A stretch of 64,000 nt of DNA from the human T2T-CHM13v2.0 reference genome, Homo sapiens. Numbering within the stretch: position 1 is the first letter of the stretch; each line of letters opens with the position of its first letter. Location: NCBI RefSeq assembly GCF_009914755.1, contig NC_060929.1; one strand, 5' to 3'. Below are positions 1 to 12,756 of the stretch, piece after piece. Position numbers and translations under genes: made by a program. The notes under the pieces are model-generated. The model was not told the DNA's origin and did no database searches. It was given only the letters and a program-made list of their open reading frames with translations.

Positions 1-3000
1 TTCTGTTGATTGTTTCTTTTGCTGTGCAGAAGCTCTTTAGTTTAACTAGGTCTCATTTGTCTATTTTTGTTTTCATTGCTATTGCTTTTCAGAGCTTAGT
101 GTTAAATTCTTTCCCAGTGTCCATATCCTGTATGATGTTTCCGAGGTTTTCTTCTAGGAAATGCTTACAGTTTGAGGTCTTACATTTATATCTGTAAAGT
201 ATGTTGAGTTAATTTTTGTATATAATGAAAAGAAGGGATCCAGTTTCATTTTTCTGCATATGGCTTGTCAGCTATCCTAGCAACATATCTTGATTAGGAA
301 GTCTTTTCCTCATTGCTTATTTTTGTTGACTTTTCAAAGATTAGTTGGCTGTAGATGTGTAGTTTTATTTCTGGGGCCTCTATCATTTTCTCTTGTTCCA
401 CGTGTCTATTTTTTGTACCATTACTATGCTGTTTTTGTTCCTGTAGGCTTATAGTCTAGTTAGTAGTTGGTGATTTCTTTTGGATATTTGTCCCCCCAAA
501 TCTCATTTTGAAATGTAATTCCCATTGTTGGAGGTGGGGCCTAATGGGAGCTGTTTGGGTCCTAGGGGTGGATCCCTCATGGCTTGATGCTGTCCTCTCA
601 ATAATAATTGAATTTTCATGAGATCTGCTTGTTTAAAAGTGTATGGCACCTCCCCTGTCCTTGCTGTCTCTTCTGCCGTGTGATGTGCCTGCTCCTTCTT
701 AGCCTTCCACCATAACTTTAAGTTTCCTGAGTCCTCTTCAGAAGCAGATGCTGTTGCTATGCTTCCTGTTCAGCCTCCAGAACCATGAGCCAATTAAACC
801 ACTTTTCTTTTAAATTACCCAGGTTTATGTATTTATTTATAGCAATGTAGAAACTGTCTAAAACAGTCAGGTAACGTGATACCTCTAGATTTGTTTTTTT
901 TGCTTAGGGTCGCTTTGGCTGTTTGGTCACTTTTTTGGTTTCATATAAATTTTAGAATAGTTTTTTTTTCAATTCTTTGAAAACTGATATTGGTAGTTTG
1001 ATAGAATAGCATCAAATCTGTAGATTGCAATGGGAAGTATGGCCATTTTAACAATACTTATTCTTCCAGTTCATGAGCTTGGATTGTTTTTTCATGTGTT
1101 TGTTTAATCTATTAGTTAGCAGTGTTTTGTAGTTCTCCTTGTAGACATCTTTCATCTCCTTGGTTACAGTTATTCTAGGTATTTTATTTTTTTTTTGTGT
1201 GTGGGGCTATTGTAAATTAGATTGTGATCTTGATTTGATTCTCAGCATGAACATTATTGGTGCATAGAAATGCTACTGATTTTCGTACATTGATTTTGTA
1301 TCCTGAAGCTTTGCTGAAGTCATTTATCAGTTCCAGGAGTCTTTTGGTGGATTCTTTGGCATTTTCTATGTAGAGTATTATATTGTTCATGACAAGAGGT
1401 AGTTTCTCCTGTGTGGATGTCTTTATACCTTTTTCTTGTCTGATTGCTTTGGCTAGGACTTCCAGTGCTATGTTGAATAGGAGTAGTAAGACTGGGCTAT
1501 CTTGTCTTGTTCCAGTTCTCAAAAAGACTGCTTCCAATTTTTGTCCATTTGGCATAATGTCAGCTGTGGGTTTGCCATAGATGGCTCCTAACATTTTGAG
1601 GTTTGTTCGTTTAATCCTAGTTTCTTTAGGGTTTTTATCATGAAGAAATGTTGGATTTTATCAAAAGCTGTTTTTACATATATTGAGATGATCATATGGT
1701 TTCTGGTTTTAATTTTTTATATGATAAATCACATTTATTGATTTGCATATGTTGATCCAATCTTGCATCCCAGGAATGAAACTTACTTGATCATAGTACA
1801 TTAACTTTTTGATGTGCTGTTGAATTCAGTTTGCTAGTAATATGTTGAGGATTTTTGCATCTATGTTCATCAGAGATGTTAGCCTGTAATTTGCTTTTTT
1901 CACATTGTTTTTGCCAGGTTTTGGCATGAGAGTGATGTTGACTTTGTTGAATGAGTTGAGAAGGGGTCTCTTCTCCTTGATTTTAAAAATAGTTTCAGAA
2001 TCATTGGTACCAACTCTCTGTATGTTCAGTAGCATTTGGTTGTGAATTCATCTGGACTGAGGCTTTTTTGGTTGGTAGGTTTTAACTACTGATTCAATTT
2101 TGGAATTTGATATTGGTCTGTTCAGTGTTTCAATTTCTTCCTAATTTAATTTCGGGAGATTTTGTGTTTCCAGGAATTTATGTATTTCCTCTAGATTTTC
2201 TAGATTGTGTCTGTAGAGGTGTTCACAATAGTGTCTGAGGATCTTTTGTATTTCTGTGAGATCAGTTATAATCTCACATTTTTCTTTTCTGAGTGTGCTT
2301 ATTTGTATCTTCTTTCTTTTTTCTTTGTTAGTCTAGCTAGTTGTCTATCCTGTTGATCCTTTCAAAAAACTAACTTTTTATTTCATTGATTCTTCGTAGA
2401 GATTTTTTATTTTAGTTATTTATTTTTTTCTGCTGGCTTTGGGTTTAGTTTGTTCTTGTTTTTCTAGTTACTCTAGGTAATTAGAGTAATATCTGTTAGA
2501 TCATTGATTTGAAATCTTTCTTTTTGAGGTAGGCATTTAGAACTATAAACTTTCCTTTTAACACTGTTCTGCTGCATCCCAGAGATTTTCGTATGTTATG
2601 TCTCTATTTTAATTTATTTTAAAGATTTTTTTTTATTTCTGTCTTGTTTTGTTGTTTACCTAAAAGTAATTCAGGTACAAGTTGTTTAATTTCCGTGTAA
2701 TTCTGTGCTTCTGAGAGATCGTGGTATTGATTTTTATTTTTATTGCACTGTGGTTTCAGAGTATGGTTGGTATGATTTTGATTTTTTAAAAAATTTATTG
2801 AAGCATGCTTCATGCCTGAGTATGTTGTCAATATTGGAATATCTTCCATGTGCAGATGAGAAGAATATATATTCTGTGGTTGAGGAGTAGAATATTCTGT
2901 AGATATCCATTAGGTCCAGTTGATCAACTGTCAAATTTAAATCCAGAATTTCCTTGTTACTTTTCTGTCTTGACCACCCATATAATGCTGTCAGTGGGGT

Positions 3001-3557
3001 GCTGAAGTTTCACATTGCTATTTTGTGGCTTTCCTTTTGTGGGCCTTGAAGTACTTGTTTTATGAATCTAGGTGCTCTAACGTTGGGCATATATATACTT
3101 AGGACAGTTAAGTATTCTTACTGAATTGAGTGTTTTATCATTATATAATGCTATTCTTTGTCCTTTTGAAACTGCTGTTGGTTTAAAGTCTATTTTATTT
3201 GATAATAGAATCATGACCCCTGCTTTTTGTCTTTTGTTCACGTGGTAGATCTTTCTTCAACCATCTGCTTTGAACCTATAGGTGTCATTAAATGTGAGAT
3301 AGTTTTCTTGAAGACGGTAGACAGATGGATTCTTTAAAGAAATCCAATTTGCTACTCTGTGCCTTTTAAGTGGGGTTTTTAGACTATTTATATTTGATGT
3401 TAATATTTATATGTGAAGTTTTGATCCTATCAAGACATTGTCACCTGGTTGCATTCTGTTGTGTTTTGCTTCATAGGGTCTGTGGGCTATGTACCTAAAA
3501 TGTTGTTCTTTTTTTTTTTTCTTTTTGTGGTAACAGATAATACTCTTATGTTTCCAG
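1..3557 (-). mobile_element. Old primate L1 (L1PA13-16/L1P4-like): decayed ORF2, inter-ORF spacer and last codons of ORF1; interrupted by an MST LTR
   Basis: Minus-strand ORFs resemble L1 ORF2 RT/EN ([28 protein letters not shown]; [16 protein letters not shown]; LDLMDIYRIFYSSTTEYIFFSSAHG). The ORF2 start-like region is near 3432. Many stops and frameshifts. Confidence 0.93.
471..865 (+). mobile_element. MaLR solo LTR (MSTA/MSTB-like)
   Basis: TG...CA termini, MST-type motifs (GGAGGTGGGGCC, CCATGAGCCAATTAAACC), and a degenerate 5-bp TSD GTTGG/GTCAG. L1 ORF2 resumes in register on both sides. Confidence 0.9.
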
Positions 3558-4479
3558 ATGTGTGTATAAGCATGGAACTGGGAAACCTCCCGAGCTTCAA
3601 GTTCTCTGCATGGTGATGAGGAGTGCCTTAAGTTCCTAATTCAAGAGAATAGGTGCTCTGGATGCCTGGAGATTTGCCTGGGCATGGAGCAGAGAGGGAC
3701 CCCCTGCACCAAGATTTCTGCACAGGAGGGGTAGGGAATTTCAGGATGCTGAACCAGGCAAGCAGGTGCTCTTGAAAGCCTGGAGATCTGCCTGGGTGTG
3801 GAGCAGATAGGGTCCCCCCAATACCAGGATCTCTGCACAGAAAGGATGGGGTGGGCAAAGCTACTGATCCAGGTGAGCAGGTGCTTCAATTCCTGGATAT
3901 CTGCCTGATCATGGAGCAGAGAGAGCCGTGCTGCACCAAGATCTATATCCAGGAAGGGTCGGGTGGCACAGGTTACTGAACTGGGTGAACAGGTGCTCTG
4001 AATGTCTGGGGATCTGTCTGGGCATGGAGCAGAGTGTGCCACTGCACCATAATCTGTGTCCAGGAAGGGTGAGGTTGGCCGGGCTGCTGAACCAGGTAAA
4101 TGGGAGCTCAAAATGCATGGATTTTGGTCTGGGAATAGAGCAAAGAGAGCCTCGCTGTACCATAATCTTGGGGGAACAGGTTGGGGCAGCTAGCAATGGC
4201 ATATACACATCAGTTCCAGGTCACCAGGCTTGCTCTGGCTGCAAGTCGTCTGCCCAGGAGAAACTGCAGCTATAGCAGCTCGCTTTCCACCTTAGGCTTG
4301 TGACTGGGAAGAGCACAAATTCAGTGCCTACTGCTGAGATGATTTCCTCAGTTACGGATGTGGAGGTCCCTACCCCACTTCAGAGCAGGTGCTCTAATCT
4401 CTGCCCCAAGACTCAAATGCTTGCACAGCCATGCTTCCAGGTCACCAAAGAGTGGCTGACTTTGTGTGCATCTAGATTT
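3558..4479 (-). mobile_element. 5' UTR of the same old L1, including a ~113-bp tandem array
   Basis: GC-richer UTR-like sequence that directly adjoins the ORF1 end and continues in the displaced piece at 9256-9940. Confidence 0.75.
3651..4175. repeat. Degenerate tandem repeat, about 4.5-5 units of 112-115 bp
   Basis: The motif AGGTGCT...CCTGGAGATCTGCCTGGGCATGGAGCAGA recurs at about 3651, 3764, 3879, 3991 and 4102. Confidence 0.9.
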
Positions 4480-6280
4480 AAGACAATCCTAAGCCAAAAG
4501 GACGAGGCTGGAGGCATCACACTACCTGACTTCAAACTATATTACAAGTCTACATAACCAAAGCAGCATAATACTGTTACCAAAACAGACATATAGAACA
4601 ATGAAATAGAACAGAGACCTCAGAAAGAACACCAGACATCTACAACCATCTGATCTTTGAGAAACCTGAGAAAAACAAGCCATGGGGGAAAGGATTCTCT
4701 ATTTAAGAAATGGTGCTGGGAAAATTGGCAAGCCATATGCAGAAAACTGAAACTGGACCTGTTCCTTACACCTTATGCAAAAATTAACTCAAGATGGATT
4801 AGTGACTTACATGTAAAACCCAAAGCCATAAAGACTCTACAAGAAAACCTAGGCAGTACCATTCAGGGCACAGCCATGGGCAAAGACTTCATGATGAAAA
4901 CCCCAAAAGCAATTTCAACAAAAGCCAAAATTGACAAATGGGATATACTTAAACTAAAGAGCTTTTGCACAGCAAAAGAAACTAGCAGCAGAGTGAACAG
5001 GCAACCTACAGAATGGGAGAAAAATTTTGCAATCTACCCATCTGACAAAGGTCTAATATCCAGAATCTATAAGGAACTTAAACAAATTTACAAGAAAAAA
5101 ACAAACAACCTCATCAAAAAGTGGAAAAGGGGTATGAACAGACACTTCTCAAAAGAAGATATTTAGGTCAGGCACAGTGGCTCACGCATGTAATCCCAGC
5201 ACTTTGGGAAGCTGAGGTGGGCGGATCACAAGGTCAGGAATTTGAGACCAGCCTGACCAACATGGTGAAACCCCATCTCTACCAAAAATACAAAAATTAG
5301 CCAGGTGTGGTGGTGTGCACCTGTAATTCCAGCTACTTAGGAGGCTGAGACAGGAGAATCGCTTGAACCCAGGAGGCGGAGGTTACAGTGAGCTAAGATC
5401 GCGCCACTGCACTTCAGCCTGGGCGACAGAGCAAGAATTGGTCTCAAAAAGAAAAAAATATATATTTATGCAGCCAAGAAACATATGAAAACAAACAAAC
5501 AAACAAAGCTTAACATCATTGATCATTAGAGAAATGCAAATCAAAACCACAATGAGATACCATCTCATGCCATTCCGAATGGCGATTATTAAAAAGTCAA
5601 GAAACAATAGATGCTGGCAAGGCTGTGGAGAAATAGGTATGCTTTTACACTGTTAGTGGGAATGTAAATTAGTTCAACCATTGTGGAAGACAGTATGGCA
5701 ATTTCTTAAGGATCTAGAACAGAAATACCATTTGACCCAGCAATCCCATTACTAGGTATATACCCAAAGGAATATAAATCATTCTACTATAAAGACACAT
5801 GCACACATATGTTTACTGCAGCACCACTTACAACAGCAAAAACATGGAACAAACCCAAATGCCTGTCAATAATAGACTGGATAAAGAAAATGTGGTACAT
5901 ATACACTAAGGAACACTATGCAGCCATAAAAAAGAATGAGATAGTGTCCTTTTCAGGGACATGGATGAAGCCGGAAGACATCATCCTCAGCAAACTAACA
6001 CAGCAACAGAAAACCAAACACCACATGTTCTCACTTATAAGTTGGAGTTGAACAATGAGAACACATGGAGACAGAAAGGGGAACAACACACACCGGGGCT
6101 AATCAGGGGGTAAGGGGGAAAAGGGAGGGAGAGCATTAGGACAAATACCTAATGGATGTGGGGCTTAAAACCTAGATGACAGGTTGATAGGTGCAGCAAA
6201 CCACCATGGCACACATATACCTATGTACCAAACCACGTTCTGCATTTGTATCCCGGAACTTAAAGTCAAATGTTTTTTTA
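4480..6280 (+). mobile_element. 5'-truncated L1PA8-like element (ORF2 C-terminus plus 3' UTR)
   Basis: ORF2 fragments ([23 protein letters not shown]; [17 protein letters not shown]). The 3' UTR contains GGGGCTTAAAACCTAGATGAC and ends in GAACTTAAAG. Confidence 0.95.
5166..5458 (+). mobile_element. AluS (Sg-like) inserted in L1PA8
   Basis: Dimeric Alu with GATCACAAGGTCAGGAATTTGAGACCAGCCTGACC, an A-tail, and a degenerate TSD ending ATATTTA. Confidence 0.95.
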
Positions 6281-6295
6281 AAAAGAAAGTAAATG

Positions 6296-6440
6296 AACAA
6301 AAGCAATAAAAATAAACTTCTAAGTTAGAATTCTATACCTATTATAATATTCTTCAAAATGAGGGTTAAAGACATTCTAGAAAACAATAATTTCAGAAAT
6401 CCAGCACTGGCAGATCCAGATGCACAAAGGAAGTGATTAG
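6296..6440 (+). mobile_element. Ancient L1M ORF1 C-terminal fragment
   Basis: TAGAATTCTATACC...GAGGG..AAAGACATT encodes the RILY motif of L1 ORF1p. It continues the minus-strand piece at 12893 onward. Confidence 0.7.
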
Positions 6441-6455
6441 GACTTGATCTTTACT

Positions 6456-6567
6456 ATTATTATTATTATTATACTTTTAGTTCTAGCATACATGTGCACA
6501 ATGTGCAGGTTTGTTACATATGTATACATGTGCCGTGTTGGTTTGCTGCACCCATTAACTCATCATT
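6456..6567 (-). mobile_element. Severely 5'-truncated L1PA5/6 3' end
   Basis: (TTA)n tail plus L1 3'-terminal sequence, with a degenerate TSD GATCTTTACT/GACCTTACT. Confidence 0.9.
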
Positions 6568-6573
6568 GACCTT

Positions 6574-6875
6574 ACTCCATCTCATGGGTCTACCTTTCTG
6601 TTGATTTTTTCATATGGTTCATTATTAATGATGACCCTAGGTGGAATAAACCTTACATTTTTATAATTCTGAGTTGAATCAATAAACAGAGATCTCTTCC
6701 AACAGTTCAAACTAGAAGTTGGTTATATTTTCAAACTAACTGCCAAAGCCTAAGGATTCAAGGTTATGATTTTCCAGGCATTGGTCACATGGAGCATCTA
6801 GTTAGGGGTCATGTTAGCTCACCCAAATCCCCTGGAAGTGGTGGTTCCCCAAAAGAAATTGGAGTTATATTATTT
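6574..6875 (-). mobile_element. Diverged MLT1-family LTR fragment
   Basis: Motifs CTCCATCTC, GGTCACATG and GGTGGTTCCCCAAA are typical of old MLT1 LTRs. Confidence 0.4.
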
Positions 6876-7189
6876 ACAACATGGGGAAAGGTGGAAAAGC
6901 AAAGAGAGTAAGTGACCATTTTCTTTACCTGTGGCACATTTGCAGTTTCCTCTGGGTCCCATACATTATCTTATGTAAATCAGCATCTCTAAAATGGTTT
7001 GATGAGTTTCTTAAGCTTTGGAGTCTCAAAGTCATGTCTCAGACACAAATTCAAGGAAGATAACACAGCTTACTCTTATTTAGTCTGTGTAAGGTCTTCA
7101 CATGGCTGCTCTTGGTAGGTAATAATCTAGACTTTTCTCAGCCCACATTGAGCTGGCTCCTTCCTTTCGGCTTGCCTGTCTGTACCTGT

Positions 7190-7223
7190 CTTTCTCCCTC
7201 CCTCCCTGCCTCCCTCCCTCCCT

Positions 7224-7269
<46 letters not shown>

Positions 7270-7515
7270 CCAAAGGAATATAAATCATTCTGCCATAAAG
7301 ACACATGCACACATATGTTTGTTGCGGCACTGTTTGCAATAGCAAAGACATGGAACAAACTCAAATGCCTCCCTCTCTCCCTCCCTCCCTCCCTCCCTCC
7401 CTTCCTTCCTTCTACCCTTCCTCCCTTCCTCTCTTCCTTTCTTATTTACTTCCTTCCCTGCCTCCCTCCCTCCCTTCTTCCATCCTTCCTTTTCTTCTCC
7501 TATTTTTTCCTTCCG
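7190..7515. repeat. Compound (CCCT)n/(CCTT)n tract with (TA)n(CA)n and an embedded L1 fragment
   Basis: Directly visible simple repeats. Confidence 0.95.
7268..7369 (+). mobile_element. ~100-bp internal L1 ORF2-end fragment
   Basis: ACCCAAAGGAATATAAATCATTCT...AAAGACATGGAACAAACTCAAATGCC closely matches the L1 sequence at 5762-5863. Confidence 0.9.
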
Positions 7516-8737
7516 TTCTCTCATTTTTGTTCATTTTTTCCAGATGTTTTTCCTGCATTTATTTGTCCAAGATGACTCTCTCCTAACCCAAGGTTTTCTT
7601 CTAGAAACTTATAAAGAAAATTCAACTTTTTGCATCTTTATCATTTTGTATTTATACTTGATTGTACAGTTTTCTAAGTGTCTATAACAGTCTTTGTTTT
7701 TTTATATAAATTTAAACTCCTACTCATATTATTTAATTTTTTCTCATAGGCATATGCCTCTTTCATTCATCAAGACTATTCTAGAAACCTCCTATTCACC
7801 TTCAGTGGTTAGATCAAACTTCCATTTTTTGGAGAAGATTTTCCCAAAGTTTCCAAAGCCCTAGACAATAAGTTTTACATGTAAAACTTTCATTTCATTT
7901 AAATGGCACTGCAATTATATGAGATGTCTCTTTCTTAACAAGGTAATCTCTTCCTTGATTACCTTGATGGTAAGGACTATGTTATATTGAGTATTATATC
8001 CTTAGTCTGCCACAGTACGTAGCACACATTACTTGCTGAATACGTATTTGCTGAGATGCGTGGAAAAGAGAACAAACAAAGGATTTGGGATTAACTCTGA
8101 GAAGCAAACATTCTTCTTTTTCTAGATCATTTTGACATTATTTTATCTACCTTCAACTATCTCCTCTTTTTAAAATTGTTTTATAATTTTTCTGGGAATA
8201 TACATTTATGAAATAGTATGATAGTGAAATCCTTTTTTCTATCAGATCTTTAGGCCATTTAAAAAGTAATTATATGAACTTACAGTGTTATTAATTATGT
8301 TCATTGAATTGGCATTTCCATTATGAATCCATTTTTAATTACATTGGACACATTTTATCAATATTTCATCTGAGAGAAGCAGACTGTATAAAGGTACTTG
8401 CAAAAAAATATGTACCAGATGAAATGCAAAACTTCTATACACAGTGATGCTAGCCATGATTGGAAATCTGATAAGGCTTCTGAAAAACTTCACCAACTTA
8501 AATATGGTCTTCACTAACAAAGAAAGTAGATAATTCAGTGATTATCCTGATTTGTAATAGCCAAAAAAAATCTAGAGATTATGTAAATAGTTGACTGTGT
8601 TGCTCAATTTTCTTCTCCATTAGGTTTGTGAGGGAGAAAAAGACTGAAGTAAAATTCTCAAGTTGAAGCCTTACTGCCATTAACTGACAAAGAGCCAGGA
8701 AAGAAAAGCCATGTTGCCATGGTAGTATAGAATGTTG

Positions 8738-8860
8738 GTATCAGTCAAGACTCTTGACTACGAGTGTCAGAGCCCTAACTCAAGTGGCTTAAAAAAGCAA
8801 GGGAGATGTGTGGGCTCATATAAATGCAAAGACAAAGATTTTCTTGCTGGATCTAAAGCT
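8738..8860 (-). mobile_element. MLT1-family LTR end fragment
   Basis: TATCAGTCAAGACTCTT...CCCTAACTCAAGTGGCTTAA resembles the reverse strand of MLT1J/K termini. Confidence 0.5.
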
Positions 8861-8898
8861 GAAACAAAATACACTTAACTTTTACTAGTATTCTAGGC

Positions 8899-9088
8899 CA
8901 GTAGTTAACAAACTAAACCAGACAATAAATACTTCAGGCTATGAGGGCCTTATTAGGTCTCTGTTGCATATTCTTGCTTTTTTGTTGTTTTTACAACCTT
9001 TTAAAATATAAAAATTGATTTTAGCTCATAAGTCATACAAAAACAGGCCATGGGATTTGGCCTACACAACATAGATTGCCAACTCCTG
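8899..9088. mobile_element. MER58C-like hAT-Charlie MITE
   Basis: CAG...AAACT and TTGCCAACTCCTG termini, with internal GTCTCTGTTGCATATTC and TACAAAAACAGGCC. Confidence 0.75.
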
Positions 9089-9255
9089 GTAAAATAAAAT
9101 CCATATTCAAAATTTTTGTTAATTCTTCCAATAACATTTTTATTACCATTTTTCCAGGCATAGGACTCATTCATAATAACTTATTGTATTTAGTTATCAT
9201 GAATCTTTAGTCTGTTTTAAAACACATATTAGAGTTTTTTCCTTTTTTTTTCCCC

Positions 9256-9940
<685 letters not shown>

Positions 9941-11672
9941 CTTTATTTTATTTCATGTATTTTGTTTTACATTAAGTTCTAGCATACATGTACAGAAACT
10001 GCAGGTTTGTTACATAGGTATACATGTGCCTTGGTGGTTTGCTGCACTTATCAACCCGTCATCTAGGTTTTAGGCCCCGAATGAATTAGGCATTTGTCCT
10101 CATTCTCTCCCTTCCCTTTCCCCCTCACCCACTGACTGGACCCGGTGTGTGTTGTTCCCCTCCTTGTGTCCACGTGTTCTCATTGTTTAACTCCCACTTA
10201 TGAGTGAGAACATGTGGTGTTTGGTTTTCTTTTGCTGTGTTAGTTTGCTGAGGATGATGGCTTCCGGTTTCATCCATGTCCCTGCAAAGAACATGATCTC
10301 ATTCCTTTTTATAGCTGCATAGTATTCCATGGTGTATATGTGCCACATTATCTTTATCCAGCCTGTCATTGATGGGCATTTGGGTTGGTTCCATGTCTTT
10401 GCTATTGTAAATAGTGCTGCAATAAACATATGCATGCATGCATCTTTGTAGTAGAATGATTTATATTCCTTTGGGTATATTGGGATTGCTGGGTCAAATG
10501 GTATATCTGGTTCTAGATCCTTGAGGAATCACCACACTGTCTTCCACAATGGTTGAACAAATTTACATTCCCACCAACAGTTTGTAAAAGCATACCTATT
10601 TCTCCACAGCCTCGCCAACATCTATTGTTTCCCGATTTTTTAATAATCGCCATTCTGAATGGCGTGAGATGGTATCTCATTGTGGTTTTGATTTGCATTT
10701 CTCTAATGATCAGTGATGTTGAGCGTTTTTTCATATGTTTTTTGGATACATAAATGTCTTCTTTTGAAAAATGTCTGTTTATAACCTTTGCCCACATTCG
10801 GATGGGGTTGGTTGTTTTTTTTTTTTTTCTTGTAAATTTGTTTAAGTTTCTTGTAGATTCTGGATATTAGCCCTTTGTCAGATGGGTAGATTGCAAAAAA
10901 TTTTCCACATTCTTTAGGTTGCCTGTTCACTCTGCTGCTAGTTTCTTTTGTGGTGCAGAAGCTCTTTAATTTAATTAGATCCCATTTGTCAATTTTGGCT
11001 TTTGTTGCAATTCCTTTTGGTGTTTTTGTCATGAAGTCTTGGTGGATAATCTTTTTGATGTGCTTCTGCAGTTGGTTTGCCAGTATTTAATCGAGGATTT
11101 TGCATTGTTGTTCATGAGAGATATTGGCTTGAAGTTTTATTTTTTTGTTGTGTTTCTGCCAGATTTTGCTATTTGGGTAAAGTTAGTTAGAGAGGAGTCC
11201 CTCTTTTTCAGTTGTTTGGAATAGTTTCAGAAGGAATGGTACCAGCTTCTTGTTTTATCTCTGGTAGAATTTGGCTGTGAATTGGTCTGGTCCTGGACTT
11301 TTTTTTTGGTTGGTAGACTAGTAATTACTGCCTCAATTTCAGAACTTGCTATTGGTCTATTCAGGAATTTGACTTATTCCTGGTTTAGTCTTGGGAGGGT
11401 GTATGTGTTCAGGAGTTTTAGTCTTGGAAGGGTGTATGTGTTCAGGAATTTATCTATTTCTTCTAGATCTTCTAGTTTATTTGCAGAGAAGTGTTTGTAG
11501 TATTCTATGATGGTAATTTATGTTTCTGTGGGGTCAGTGGTGATATCCCCTTTATCATTTTTATTGTGTCTATTTGATTCTTCTCTCTTCTTTATTAGCC
11601 TATCTACTGGTCTATTTTGTTAATTTTTTCAAAAAAACAGCTCCTGGACTCATTGATTTTTTTAAGGGTTTC
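9941..11672 (-). mobile_element. L1PA8-like 3' end plus ORF2 with an internal deletion at ~11040
   Basis: 3' UTR and ORF2 C-terminus run to 11040, then jump abruptly to mid-ORF2 sequence (GGTGGATAATCTTTTTGATGTGC). Confidence 0.93.
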
Positions 11673-12756
11673 TTTTTATTATTATTATTATTATACTTTA
11701 AGTTCTGGGATACATGTGCAGAATGTGCAGGTTTGTTACATAGGTATACATGTGCCATGGTGGTTTGCCACACCCATCAACCCCTCATCTACATTAGGTA
11801 TTTCTCCTAATGCTATACCTCCCCTTGCCCCTCACTCCTGACAGGCCCCAGTGTGTGATGTCCCCTCCCTGTGCCCATATGTTCTCATTGTTTAACTCCC
11901 ACTTATGAGTGAGAACATGCGGTGTTCGGTTTTCTGTTCCTGTGTTAGTTTGCTGAGAATGATGGTTTCCAGCTTCATCCATGTCCCTACAAAGGACGTG
12001 AACTCATTTTTTATGACTGTGTAGTATTCCATGGTGTGTATGTGCCACATTTTCTTCATGCAGTGTATCATTGACTGGCATTTGTGTTGGTTCCAAGTCT
12101 TTGCTATTGTGAATAGTGCTGCAATAAACATACGTGTGCATGTGTCTGTATAGTAGAATAATTTATAATCCTTTGGGTATATAACCAGTAATGGGATTGT
12201 TGGGTCAAGTGGTATTTCTAGTTCTAGATCCCTGAGGAATCACCACACTGTCTTCCACAATGGTTGAACAAATTTACACTCCCATCAACAGTGTAAAAGC
12301 ATCCCTGTTTCTCCACATCCTCTCCAGCATCTGTTGTTTCCTGGCTTATTAACGATTGCCATTCTAACTGGTGTGGGATGGTGTCTCACTGTGGTTTTGA
12401 TTTACATTTTTCTAGTGGGATGGTGTCTCACTGTGGTTTCAATTTGCATTTTTCTAATGACCAGTGATGATCAGCTTTTTTTTCATGATTTTTTGGCCAC
12501 GTAAATGTCTTCTTTTGAGAAGTGTCTGTTCATATCCTATGCCCACTTTTTGATGGGGTTGTTTTTATCTTGTAAATTTGTTTAAGTTCCTTGTAGATTC
12601 TGGATATTAGACCTTTGTCAGATGGATAGATGGTAAAAATTTTCTCCCCTGCTGTGGGTTGCCTGTTCACTCTGATGATAGTTTCTTTTGCTGTGCAGAA
12701 GCTCTTTAGTTTAGATTCCATTTGTCAATTTTGGCTTTTGTTGCAATTGCTTTTGG
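11673..12756 (-). mobile_element. 5'-truncated L1PA7-like element nested in L1PA8
   Basis: A new (TTA)n tail and 3' UTR (GTTCTGGGATACATGTGCAGAATGTG), followed by the ORF2 C-terminus. Confidence 0.92.

Noticed and set aside
3628-4275. Overlapping repetitive ORFs, or a CRISPR-like array
   Set aside because: These are by-products of a degenerate GC-rich tandem array in an L1 UTR. There is no constant-repeat/unique-spacer structure and no cas genes, and the DNA is primate.
1-6280. Twin-priming 5' inversion of a single L1 (minus then plus at 4479/4480)
   Set aside because: The two parts overlap in ORF2 coordinates and differ in age, so they are separate elements.
7098-7586. Cluster of low-complexity ORFs on both strands
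   Set aside because: They are translations of CCCT, TA and CA microsatellites.
7939-7966. Perfect 10-bp hairpin CAAGGTAATC-N8-GATTACCTTG
   Set aside because: About one such stem is expected by chance in 64 kb, and it is too short for a pre-miRNA.
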